In this document: positions 10,056 through 19,541 of the stretch, in pieces
How positions within the stretch are numbered: position 1 is the first letter of the stretch
Layout: each line of letters opens with the position of its first letter
Assembly (NCBI GenBank): GCA_049287525.1
Contig: JBAQFZ010000008.1
Location: 23,541 to 87,540 of the forward strand
Direction: 5' to 3'
DNA length: 64,000 nucleotides
DNA from: Halobacteriota archaeon
GTDB lineage: Archaea > Halobacteriota > Syntropharchaeia > Alkanophagales > Methanospirareceae
Program-made: the position numbers and the translations under genes
Notes under the pieces: generated by a model
Database searches by the model: none
Seen by the model: the letters and a program-made list of their open reading frames with translations, nothing else
What the model was told of the DNA's origin: nothing

Positions 10056-11447
10056 CTAAAAACCTTCCCTACCCATTAATGCGTACGTAAAGTTTTTACC
10101 CTCTTCTACACCAGGTTGATTGAAAGCGTTCACATTTAACAATTCACCCATAACCGTGGTCACTACCTCATAGAAATACATTAATTCGCCGATAGTAAAA
10201 GCATTTATCTCAGGTAAAATTATCGTTTTATTCGGTCTCTTGTAATTAGTCAATGCCAATTGGGTTGCAATTTGCTCTGTTTTTATCAGTTCTGCCAAAG
10301 AATGCCCACCAAGATACTTCAATTCATTATATCCCGAGAACAGGAGAGGTATCGCTACTCCATACTCGTATTGCTCGATTTTAATAAAGGTAATATTTTT
10401 ATCAAAAGGACCTTCATTAAATAATTGAAGCAAAGAGTGCTGGTCGGCAGCGCCAACAGCTTTCAATGGTGTACTTCCTGCATTAATTAGTTCGCCATCT
10501 CGTGATTTTTCCTTTCCCAGACTTTCTGCCCAGAGTTGTACGTACCAATTGACGATGTGACGGAGTTTACGTGAATATGGCATCAATACGGAGATGTTAT
10601 ACTTCTTCAGAGTTAATAATAGATATTCCAGAACGGCAAACAGATATGCCGGATTTTGCCACATATCTGATTGATTGCAAAGTTCAGCCATATAACGTGC
10701 TCCGGAAAGTAAATTCTTGACGTCTATTCCCAATACGGCAGCAGGAAATAAACCAACCGGCGAAAAGACTGAAAATCTGCCTCCCACGCGCTTTGGTATA
10801 TCTAAACAGAGAAAATTTTCTTCTTTTGCTACTTTCCTGAGTGCTCCAGCTCCATCACCTGCTCCATCACCTTCATCTGTGGTGATAATAAAGTGCTCAG
10901 CATAATCGCTCCCCACGGATTTTTTTATCATCTCATAACAAATCATAAAATTAGCCGCTGGTTCTGGTGTCGCCCCGGATTTACTAACAATATTGATTAA
11001 CGTTTTCTCCGGGTCAAGAACATCAATAAGACCCGCAGTTTCATCGGGGTCACAGTTATCTAGCGCGAAAAATCTTGGTCTCCCCCCCCTTTTTTCTTTT
11101 GGTAATAAATTATAATAAGGGTGGGATAATGCAGTATGTAAAGCAATACTGCCCCAGGTGGAGCCACCAATTCCGATAACTAAGAAATTTTCATATTTAA
11201 AAGCCTTTTCGTTTGCTAACGATATAATCCCATCCGCTACTTTTTCGTGGTACGGGAGGTCCATAAATTGCAATCTGCCTTCTTCTCTATCCCTTTTTAG
11301 TTTTTTAGCAATTACCTTGACTGTGTCTTCCATATTCTCTATCGCTTTAATCGCGATACCTCTTTCACTTCCTATACGGGATTCCATCACATTACTGAAC
11401 TCCAGCTTTAATCTCATTCTGCCCTGCCAATCGTTGCTCTTCTCCAT
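10056..11447 (-). CDS. pgi: glucose-6-phosphate isomerase
   Basis: 463 aa with PGI family motifs (GGRFSVFSPVGLFPAAVLGIDV and others). Confidence 0.8.
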   Translation of the reverse strand: MEKSNDWQGRMRLKLEFSNVMESRIGSERGIAIKAIENMEDTVKVIAKKLKRDREEGRLQFMDLPYHEKVADGIISLANEKAFKYENFLVIGIGGSTWGSIALHTALSHPYYNLLPKEKRGGRPRFFALDNCDPDETAGLIDVLDPEKTLINIVSKSGATPEPAANFMICYEMIKKSVGSDYAEHFIITTDEGDGAGDGAGALRKVAKEENFLCLDIPKRVGGRFSVFSPVGLFPAAVLGIDVKNLLSGARYMAELCNQSDMWQNPAYLFAVLEYLLLTLKKYNISVLMPYSRKLRHIVNWYVQLWAESLGKEKSRDGELINAGSTPLKAVGAADQHSLLQLFNEGPFDKNITFIKIEQYEYGVAIPLLFSGYNELKYLGGHSLAELIKTEQIATQLALTNYKRPNKTIILPEINAFTIGELMYFYEVVTTVMGELLNVNAFNQPGVEEGKNFTYALMGREGF

Positions 11448-11545
11448 TTTTCACCTGACCTGATAAATAATGCTAATAAACTTACAACCCAACCGTTTTT
11501 GTAAAAGAAAAAACTTCTTGCACTGCACTGCACAACTCAACTATC

Positions 11546-13675
11546 ATGAAACGAACCATGACGGTGATGAGTGCAATTTTAAAACACTGGACACTTAAAG
11601 CACTACCTCTTTCTCTGTTGCTTATTGCATCTCTCTTCTCGCGCCATCTCGCTCTCGTTTCCGCGATTATATTCACTCTTTTCGTCCCGGGCTACATAAT
11701 AGTAGAGTATTACTTCAAAGACTTGAATATACAGGAGAAAATACTATTATACCTGCTACTCAGCGTGTTGATTTCTACACAACTTATTTACTGCCTCTCG
11801 CTTGCTTTTGGCTATTCCGGGCATACGATTCTGATTGCATTTGCCGTTTTGCTTGCTTCTCTTATCCTTATCCCTATCCCTATCCTTATTCTCAAGCATC
11901 ACACGAAACGAGAACCCCAGAATTTACATCTACGCTCGCTGAAAGGTGTGCTGATAAGTGCCGTGATTGCGTTATTCGCTTTCTTCGTGCTCAGCCAAAG
12001 TGTCTGGGTCTGGTATCAGAACCGCATCATTTTGACTGGCTCTAACTGGCAAGATACGCCTATGCACTACGCGATAATCGAGAGCATAAATAACGGCAAC
12101 TTTCCACCGCAGATGCCTTATTACGCGGGCGTTGAGATGCGCTACCATTACCTCGTGGATTTTCACACTGCGATTTTAGAAGAAGCTTTTGGTGCGTTCC
12201 TACCGCGTTTAATCGTGTTTACAAACGCATTTTTCGTGTTCCTCTTTGCGCTATCGCTATACGTGCTCGCATCGTATCTGAAGAACGAAAGAGCCGGTGT
12301 TTATACTGTACTGCTCGGAACGCTTGGTGCCGGTTTCTCGTACTTTCTCTTCTTCCACGCACTCTTCTCCGGGCGGGTTGAACTCACGACGAATTATGCG
12401 TATGAATATGGTAAGTTCTTCACCGTGCCCCCAATATTTGATAATTTATTACAGCAGCGTCCTCAGCTCATGGGACTGCCCACGCTAACTACTGCTCTTT
12501 ATTTCTTCTACCGTGGTTCATCACGTTCACACGCAGGTAAGCGTGAAATAGCGCTAGCAGGCTTGTTAACGGGTCTATTGTTCCCTTTTCACATGCTCGC
12601 CTGCTTTTCCGCACTCCTGCTGTGCTCATTGCTGCTCTTAAAGAAGTTTTTATGCACCCGTTTAGAGAGCACGAGCACCAACTTTTATGAACTTTATTTC
12701 TTCGTATTCTCCCTGCCCCTTATCTTACCCCACCAGATTCCAATGTTTGTCGGGAACGGTCCGGGCGATAGCCTCATCGGACTAAACCTGCCATGGGCTT
12801 TTTATTTCGTAAAAGGCAGACCTCTTTTGTTTTATCTTGCCAATTTGGGCTTGCCCTTTTTACTCGCTATTGCCGGCTTCTTCAAGAAATCCGTACATCC
12901 ACACAGCTTCTTTGTCTATTCATGGCTGTTCTTAATGCTTGCACTTCCGAACTCCATCTCTTTTACACCAAATGTCTGGGATATGTATAAGTTCTTTCAC
13001 TATGCGTGGGTCGCAATTGCAATCGCTGCCGGCGGTTTTCTCGCGGATATTTCGCTTACCGGCATAATAAGAAGTCCAAGGCGCCGTAAGGTGTTAGTCA
13101 CAGCCGCAATTACGCTGCTGCTCGTCTTTTCTATCTTCACTTCCGCGTTAGTGGCGACCTGGAATTTATCTACCCGCTATTCCTGCGCGGATGCCTGCGA
13201 ATATGCGACTGGACTATGGGTACGCGAGAACATCCCGGAGCGGGCGGTATTCCTAACCTGGTACTCCATACATACGCCAGTGACCATGATAGGCGGGAGA
13301 CTGAGGGTGCTTGGTTATGTAAATTGGGCTTATGGACATGGATTTGATATGTGGGGGCGTATGGCGGATGTAGAACGTGCGTACAGAGGTAATATCTCAG
13401 AAACACGGGACGTTATGCGTAAATATGATGCAAACTACGTGTATGTAGGAGAAGAAGAACTGAAGAACGCACCGGGGTGTCTCAATAAATTTGAACATTG
13501 TAAGCAGCTTGAGCTGGTTTACGAGGACCTTTCGGGGAAGAACTATATATTTAAAAGTAGAACTCAGACGAACGCCACAGATGCATCCACCCATTTCAAT
13601 AACACATCCCATCTCCACACGAAATGTACCCGAAAAGTATATAATAGGTTAAAACAACCTGTAATTAGCATATAG
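11546..13675 (+). CDS. large polytopic membrane protein, putative GT-C-type glycosyltransferase or membrane remodelling protein
   Basis: 709 aa, about 13 predicted TM helices plus a C-terminal soluble domain. No confident family signature is visible by eye. Sits immediately upstream of the surface adhesin gene. Confidence 0.4.
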   Translation: MKRTMTVMSAILKHWTLKALPLSLLLIASLFSRHLALVSAIIFTLFVPGYIIVEYYFKDLNIQEKILLYLLLSVLISTQLIYCLSLAFGYSGHTILIAFAVLLASLILIPIPILILKHHTKREPQNLHLRSLKGVLISAVIALFAFFVLSQSVWVWYQNRIILTGSNWQDTPMHYAIIESINNGNFPPQMPYYAGVEMRYHYLVDFHTAILEEAFGAFLPRLIVFTNAFFVFLFALSLYVLASYLKNERAGVYTVLLGTLGAGFSYFLFFHALFSGRVELTTNYAYEYGKFFTVPPIFDNLLQQRPQLMGLPTLTTALYFFYRGSSRSHAGKREIALAGLLTGLLFPFHMLACFSALLLCSLLLLKKFLCTRLESTSTNFYELYFFVFSLPLILPHQIPMFVGNGPGDSLIGLNLPWAFYFVKGRPLLFYLANLGLPFLLAIAGFFKKSVHPHSFFVYSWLFLMLALPNSISFTPNVWDMYKFFHYAWVAIAIAAGGFLADISLTGIIRSPRRRKVLVTAAITLLLVFSIFTSALVATWNLSTRYSCADACEYATGLWVRENIPERAVFLTWYSIHTPVTMIGGRLRVLGYVNWAYGHGFDMWGRMADVERAYRGNISETRDVMRKYDANYVYVGEEELKNAPGCLNKFEHCKQLELVYEDLSGKNYIFKSRTQTNATDASTHFNNTSHLHTKCTRKVYNRLKQPVISI

Positions 13676-13703
13676 AAACAACATCGGAGAAAAGGAGGAT
13701 GAA

Positions 13704-15752
13704 ATGAAGGGAAGAGCGATATTTATTGCAGCGATTTTAGTGGTATCTATTGTTGCTTTGACGGGTGTTGTGAGCAGCGTAGCAGCGACGGAAAAGATAG
13801 ATTTGTTCCTGTTAATAGATGGATCTGGTAGTGTCGCGGCGGAGGACTATATAAATCAAACGAGCGGCTATGCCGCGGCTATTGATAATGAATCGATTGT
13901 TCCACAGGACGGCTCTGTCTCGATTTGCGTGATTATGTTCGGCTTTAAGCCGGGTGGTGTGTATAATCCTCAACTTATGCCTTATAATGTATATAATTAC
14001 GCTAAGGTGATTGTTCCTTACACCACAATCACGAACGCAGCGGTGGCAAAAAGTGTTTCCGAAACGATAAGTAATACGAAGCAGCCGGGGGATGGGACAC
14101 CAATAGAAGCGGCATTCCATGTAGCGATTGAGGAGTTAAAGAAAGCAGTCAAAGAGGGTAAAATTGAACTGAATAAATCTACACAAAAGATAGATATATC
14201 CTCAGATGGACGCCCAAACATGATGCACTTACGGGACTTCTATGGCAAATTTAGAGATGAAAAAGACAAAGAAGCGGTATACAAAGCGTTTGATGCGAGA
14301 ACCGAAGCAATAGCGGCAGGATTTGACGAAATCAATGCGCTTGGTGTGGACCTCAAAGACACAACACGGTCTTATCCGTATAACCGTGAATTCCTGGAAG
14401 ATATGGTTTTGCCACAGCCTTGTGACACAGAGCCGCCAGGCTTTTTCATGGAGACGAGCAGGGCGGATTTTCCGAAGACATTAAAAGAGAAGATAAAAAT
14501 AGAATTACACCCATTTATCAGCGTCAATAAGAGTGTCAGTAAAATATTATGCAATCCCGGTGATGTACTGACCTATACGATAAATTATAGCAACACGAAT
14601 AACGTAAACCTGACAGAAGTCGTTTTAACCGACCCGATTCCTGCTACTACTACTACTTTAGTCTCAGGAAGCATATCAAATGGGGGGACGGTATCGTTGG
14701 ATGGCGTGATTACCTGGAACATAGGCGAGTTGCACGTAGGAAAAGCGGGCACGCAGTCGTTCCAGGTAAGGGTTCACGACCATCTCACAAACGGGACGAT
14801 AATCACGAATACCGCCACGATAGCGAGCAATGAAACAGGACCGGTCAGCGACTCGGTGAACACGACTGTTATATCTCATCCACATATCAGCATCACTAAA
14901 AGCGTCGGTGAAATATTATGCAATCCCGGTGACGTGCTGCACTATACGATAAATTATAGCAACACGAATAACGTAAACCTGACAGAAGTCGTTTTAACCG
15001 ACCCGATTCCTGCTACTACTACTTTAGTCTCAGGAAGCATATCAAATGGGGGGACGGTATCGTCGGATGGCGTGATTACCTGGAACATAGGCGAATTGCA
15101 CGTAGGAGAATCGGGCATGCAGTCGTTCCGGGCAAGGGTTCACGACTCCCTCGCAAACGGGACGATAATCACGAATACCGCCACGATAGCGAGCAATGAA
15201 ACAGGACCGGTCAGCGCCTCGGTGACCACGACTGTTATAGTGCCGAAAATTTTTGAACTATCAGCCTATAAGGCGGTTGATAAGATGTTTGCATCACCAA
15301 ACGAGACGCTCTGCTACCAGATACAATACAAAAATACCGGAACGGAGACGCTCACGCACACTGAGGTAAAAGATACGATACCAGAGAACACCACTTACAT
15401 AGCGGGAAGCATGGGTCTAAACGGTGAAGGTCTAACCGATGGAGCCGGTGATGACGCAGGAAGCTATTACGCAGGGAACAAGACGTTGATATGGGATATA
15501 GGTACATTGGAACCCGGTGAAGGCGGGGATGCGACCTTTAAAGTCACAATAAACGCATTTGTACCCGGAGGAACAATCATACGCAACACCGCTATCCTGA
15601 CAACTAATGAGACATTACCTATTAATCGGACGGTAATAACAAAGGTCAGACCGCCGATACTACTACCAGTGCTGACGTCAGTGGGTATCGCGGTCTTGAT
15701 CGGGCTGCTGAGTCTGGTTGCAATACGCGGTATGAGTGGAAGGCGAAGATAA
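13704..15752 (+). CDS. secreted vWA-domain + DUF11-repeat surface protein with C-terminal TM anchor
   Basis: Signal peptide; vWA MIDAS motif DLFLLIDGSGSV; two near-identical ~122-aa DUF11-type repeats (CNPGDVL.YTINYSNTNNVNLTEVVLTDPIPATTT); C-terminal PPILLP + TM + RRR. Confidence 0.7.
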   Translation: MKGRAIFIAAILVVSIVALTGVVSSVAATEKIDLFLLIDGSGSVAAEDYINQTSGYAAAIDNESIVPQDGSVSICVIMFGFKPGGVYNPQLMPYNVYNYAKVIVPYTTITNAAVAKSVSETISNTKQPGDGTPIEAAFHVAIEELKKAVKEGKIELNKSTQKIDISSDGRPNMMHLRDFYGKFRDEKDKEAVYKAFDARTEAIAAGFDEINALGVDLKDTTRSYPYNREFLEDMVLPQPCDTEPPGFFMETSRADFPKTLKEKIKIELHPFISVNKSVSKILCNPGDVLTYTINYSNTNNVNLTEVVLTDPIPATTTTLVSGSISNGGTVSLDGVITWNIGELHVGKAGTQSFQVRVHDHLTNGTIITNTATIASNETGPVSDSVNTTVISHPHISITKSVGEILCNPGDVLHYTINYSNTNNVNLTEVVLTDPIPATTTLVSGSISNGGTVSSDGVITWNIGELHVGESGMQSFRARVHDSLANGTIITNTATIASNETGPVSASVTTTVIVPKIFELSAYKAVDKMFASPNETLCYQIQYKNTGTETLTHTEVKDTIPENTTYIAGSMGLNGEGLTDGAGDDAGSYYAGNKTLIWDIGTLEPGEGGDATFKVTINAFVPGGTIIRNTAILTTNETLPINRTVITKVRPPILLPVLTSVGIAVLIGLLSLVAIRGMSGRRR

Positions 15753-15797
15753 ATCGTCTTCCCTTTTTGCTTTTTCTTTTAATTTTTTATAGAATTT

Positions 15798-16418
15798 ATG
15801 AGCGTGCAAGCAAAGGGGAAAGTGCGAAACGCACAGCGCAAGAAGAGGGTAGCGCAAAACACTGAGGGTAACGGTAAAAGCCATGCTAATTTATTAACCG
15901 CGGTATTGGAAAAAGCAAAAGAGAACGAGGAAGCGATAAAATACGTGGCGCGTTTCTTAGCTCTTTGTTTCGCGTTCTACATTGTCTATTATATCATAAT
16001 AGTTAGCGACACTATGGTGATGGCTAATATGAGGCACGTTACCACCACAATTTTGGGTGCTATCTTCTCTTTAGCCGGGCTGAAAGTAGTAGAGAGGGCT
16101 GATGTGTTATCCATCAATGGCTTCTCAATGGAGATAATAGATGAATGCACCGCAGTTTTCTCCGCTATCGTTTATTGCTCCTGCGTATTAGCATATCCCG
16201 CAACGCTGAAGCAGAAAAGTCTTGGTATCCTCTTCGGCGTGCCAAGCCTGTATGCGATAAATATCCTTCGCATTTTCCTATTGGCTCTTGTTGGCATGCG
16301 CAATCCCGATATGTTTAAATTTATGCATGTGTATCTCTGGCAGGCGTCTTTTATCATATTCGTGGTCGTGCTCTTTCTGATATGGCTAAAGATGGGGGTG
16401 ACAGATGGCGAAGGATAA
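15798..16418 (+). CDS. exosortase/archaeosortase-family membrane protein (short form)
   Basis: 206 aa with about 5-6 TM helices. IDECTAVFS resembles the exosortase active-site Cys motif, and AINILRIF matches the ANxxR(V/I) motif of the EpsH/archaeosortase family. Lys-rich N-terminus. Confidence 0.45.
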   Translation: MSVQAKGKVRNAQRKKRVAQNTEGNGKSHANLLTAVLEKAKENEEAIKYVARFLALCFAFYIVYYIIIVSDTMVMANMRHVTTTILGAIFSLAGLKVVERADVLSINGFSMEIIDECTAVFSAIVYCSCVLAYPATLKQKSLGILFGVPSLYAINILRIFLLALVGMRNPDMFKFMHVYLWQASFIIFVVVLFLIWLKMGVTDGEG

Positions 16419-16971
16419 GGGCAAGAAGGGGAAGCGGCTAACAGGTACAAAAAAGGTGGATAAGCCGGCGGCAAATGGTAAATGTGATATTTTAAGTTTG
16501 AGCAGGAATCAAATTTTATTGTTCCTGCTGGAGTTTCTGGTTGTCGCCGTGGTATTTTTAGCTGTCTGGTACTACGTCGGGGAGTTCTATCAGAGTGCTA
16601 TTTTCTTCTTCGGGCGTCCCATTCTGCTTGCGATGGGCTGTCCTCCACTGCTCTTAGGTAGCTGTTTTTCTCATATCGCACAGGAAGGTGGATACCTTGT
16701 AAATTTCAATTTAGTGCCGTTCGTAGCATTAGCAATAGCAACGCCTGAGTTAATGCTGCGGAAGAGGCTTGAAATGCTTGCAATAGGCGTCCCGGTCCTA
16801 TTTCTTCTGCATCTCCTCGACCTCATGGCGCATTTCCCTGCTGATATTTACGATTCCGCGCTTGCCGAGATGGTGGTGTATTCAATAGGAGTCAGCGATG
16901 TAGCGGTGCCGTTTATTATATGGTTTGCAATAGCTGTCTCGTTCCGCAGTGCGAAGAAAGTAATTGCTTAG
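16405..16971 (+). CDS. membrane protein with Lys-rich N-terminus (possible second half or partner of the sortase-like protein)
   Basis: 188 aa with about 4 TM helices. Overlaps the upstream gene by 14 nt. N-terminus is MAKDKGKKGKRLTGTKK. Confidence 0.4.
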   Translation: MAKDKGKKGKRLTGTKKVDKPAANGKCDILSLSRNQILLFLLEFLVVAVVFLAVWYYVGEFYQSAIFFFGRPILLAMGCPPLLLGSCFSHIAQEGGYLVNFNLVPFVALAIATPELMLRKRLEMLAIGVPVLFLLHLLDLMAHFPADIYDSALAEMVVYSIGVSDVAVPFIIWFAIAVSFRSAKKVIA

Positions 16972-16972
16972 C

Positions 16973-17194
16973 TTATTTCTTCTTTATTGCATCTAATAAC
17001 CCATGAGCATAGTTTATACATCCAAAGGCAGTGAAGTAATCACCCTTATCAAGATAATACTTCGTATCCTCAAAGTATCCCTTAGCAAGCTCTACCACTT
17101 TCCCTGTCCTGTCATCGAGCGATAAAGAGCTCAGTTCTGTTATGCTCTTAACAAAAAGAGCGAGGTCCTTTTTTATCCTTTCCGCTTCTCTCAT
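16973..17194 (-). CDS. small conserved hypothetical protein
   Basis: 73 aa ORF in a tight convergent arrangement; no recognisable motif. Confidence 0.35.
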   Translation of the reverse strand: MREAERIKKDLALFVKSITELSSLSLDDRTGKVVELAKGYFEDTKYYLDKGDYFTAFGCINYAHGLLDAIKKK

Positions 17195-17232
17195 TTCTTT
17201 CGTAGCATGAATAAACTTATAATAGAACTAAG

Positions 17233-18195
17233 TTGATTATTACGACATTAGACAGAGAGGGGGTAAAAATGGTAGAACGACTAACAGAATCGGGGAAGAT
17301 CTGGTATAATGGCAAGTTTGTGGATTGGAAAGACGCCACGGTGCACGTGCTCTCGCATGGTTTGCATTACGGGTCCGGTGTGTTCGAGGGGATAAGGTGC
17401 TATGCCACGGACAAGGGTTCGTTTATCTTCAGGCTAAAGGAACATGTGGACCGGATGTACCGGTCAGCGGAGTTGTACCAGTTGGAGATCCCGTATTCGA
17501 AGGCGGAGCTGACAGAAGCGATAAAAGGAACGATTCGTATAAACGAACTTGATGCGTGCTACATAAGGCCTATCGCGTTCTATGGTCTCCATCACTTAGG
17601 CGTGAATCCAGCCGGCTGCCCCGTGGATTGTGCAATTGCCGTATGGCGTTGGGGCGCTTATCTTGGTGCGGATGCGTTAGAGACCGGTATAAGATGTACA
17701 ATCTCTTCATGGCGTAGAATAGACCCCCATACATTGCCTGTCACGTCAAAGGCAACGGGGCACTATCTGAATTCGATGTTAGCAGTGCGCGATGCGAAGG
17801 AACGCGGATTTGATGAGGCGATAATGCTTGACAATAACGGATATGTGGCAGAAGGTCCTGGCGAGAATATATTCACAGTTATAAATTCAACGCTATACAC
17901 GCCCGGAGTAGAATCTTCTATTCTGCCTGGTATTACCCGGGCGTCTGTAATCGAGCTTGCACGTGATATGGGGTATGAGGTGGTAGAGAAGTCCATAACG
18001 AAGGAGGAGTTATTGTCTGCCGCGGAAGTTTTTTTCACGGGCACTGCGGCAGAGGTGTCGCCGATACGCGCGATAGACAATGTAACAATAGGAGCAGGTA
18101 AGCGAGGAGAAGTGACTGGCGCGATACAAAAGAAGTTCTTTGACGTGGTGAATGCGAAAGAGGCACGATATATGAACTGGCTGGTACGGGTGTAA
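17233..18195 (+). CDS. ilvE: branched-chain amino acid aminotransferase
   Basis: 320 aa, class IV aminotransferase fold; EGIRCY and catalytic lysine region. Confidence 0.85.
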   Translation: MIITTLDREGVKMVERLTESGKIWYNGKFVDWKDATVHVLSHGLHYGSGVFEGIRCYATDKGSFIFRLKEHVDRMYRSAELYQLEIPYSKAELTEAIKGTIRINELDACYIRPIAFYGLHHLGVNPAGCPVDCAIAVWRWGAYLGADALETGIRCTISSWRRIDPHTLPVTSKATGHYLNSMLAVRDAKERGFDEAIMLDNNGYVAEGPGENIFTVINSTLYTPGVESSILPGITRASVIELARDMGYEVVEKSITKEELLSAAEVFFTGTAAEVSPIRAIDNVTIGAGKRGEVTGAIQKKFFDVVNAKEARYMNWLVRV

Positions 18196-18220
18196 AAGTC
18201 GTATTCGAATTCTTTTCCCG

Positions 18221-18354
18221 TATTTGTATAGCTACATAAAAAACCACAAGATTAACACAAGAAATTATAATTATTTTGGAATAAAGTAGCCAATAGTGTA
18301 CTGAAACTATGTTAATTTTATTCTTTTTCTCGTGAAAATCTGTGTTAATCTGTG
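18221..18354. mobile_element. MITE-like repeat copy 1 (short variant lacking the hairpin module)
   Basis: Shares gtatttgtatagctacataaaaaaccac[a/g]agat.cacaagattaacacaagaaatt... and the right inverted end tgtgttaatctgtg with the copies at 26.1, 29.6 and 43.6 kb. Confidence 0.6.
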
Positions 18355-18416
18355 TCTGTCTATAATTTATTTTCTCTTCTGTTTATTCAAAGACAATTAG
18401 CCAGCCGGATAAAACT

Positions 18417-19382
18417 TCAAACGATAACCTCCTCCCCCAATCTCGTGTCATCCAGCTCCTTAGTCCACCTGTTGAAATCCAGCCAGAGTATTACAGTAAT
18501 ACAGGTGAGGATAAGAAGATAAATGGCAACGACTATAAGCGTATCCAGCATTAACCGTTGATAAACTCTGTTTATCTCAGGTTTAAGCCCTTTTATATCA
18601 CCGAGCGCATTATCACGGTGTTTCTCATATAATTTCTCCGCGTGCTCATACGAATCCCGTGCTTTTATTATCTCCATAAATGCAGCGCCAAATAAGCTTG
18701 AAGAGGCGCTGCGGGCATTGTCAAGATACGACCTCGATGCCATTACATATTCTGATGCCCGTTCCATATCCCGTTTATACATCCGTTCATCACGTAGCGC
18801 CTCGAACTTCATCCGGCTTGCGTCACTGGGCATGCCACCCTCTCCGTATGAAGCCGAACTTATATACTCGTATTCTATCTTCACCTTTGTCACGTTCGTA
18901 TTGGTAGCCATGTCCTTGAAGTATCTTCCTTCGTCCCGGTAAAATCGCTTAAGTGCACGCTCGGCAAGCATTGGTATTCCATTCCTTTCCGCGGTGGCGT
19001 AGCTATTGAGTTTGATTATGGATGTGTTAATCGAATCAGCCATTTTTAGTGCTTCTTTATGGTCCGCGGGACTTTGACTCTCGCTTAACGGTGCCATCTT
19101 TTCAAACTTATCAACAATTGTGAGGAAGATATTTACCCACTCTTTTGTCGTATAGGTAACCTCTGAACCTTCCATACTCTGAATCACCGCCTGTACCTCT
19201 GCCTTTGCAAGTGATAACTCGTCATAGTCGTCAAATACCCCCGACTTGTTCAGCGATATTATATTCTGAAGCAGGTCCCTCTTCAGCGCGTCTGAGCCTG
19301 CCGCAGGTGTGGCGAAAGCCAGGAGGTTGATTATAATTATGGTTATAATCAGGACTAAGGCAATCAAACTTCGCGAGTTCAT
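18417..19382 (-). CDS. secreted/membrane-anchored helical protein (signal peptide + C-terminal TM)
   Basis: 321 aa; N-terminal hydrophobic signal and C-terminal TM segment LIVVAIYLLILTCITVILWL. Divergently transcribed from the FtsZ-like operon. Confidence 0.5.
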   Translation of the reverse strand: MNSRSLIALVLIITIIIINLLAFATPAAGSDALKRDLLQNIISLNKSGVFDDYDELSLAKAEVQAVIQSMEGSEVTYTTKEWVNIFLTIVDKFEKMAPLSESQSPADHKEALKMADSINTSIIKLNSYATAERNGIPMLAERALKRFYRDEGRYFKDMATNTNVTKVKIEYEYISSASYGEGGMPSDASRMKFEALRDERMYKRDMERASEYVMASRSYLDNARSASSSLFGAAFMEIIKARDSYEHAEKLYEKHRDNALGDIKGLKPEINRVYQRLMLDTLIVVAIYLLILTCITVILWLDFNRWTKELDDTRLGEEVIV

Positions 19383-19541
19383 GAGTATGGTGTTGTAATA
19401 TTATACTTGGCTATACTATGTAGCAGGTGCAATAAAAAATCCCGTTACTTACATACAGGCAAAAGGCAAAAAGCGAGCGAATTATTTATAGCAGTTTCCT
19501 ACCATAATAGAACTACCATATAAATCCTTTAGCTGCACAAT

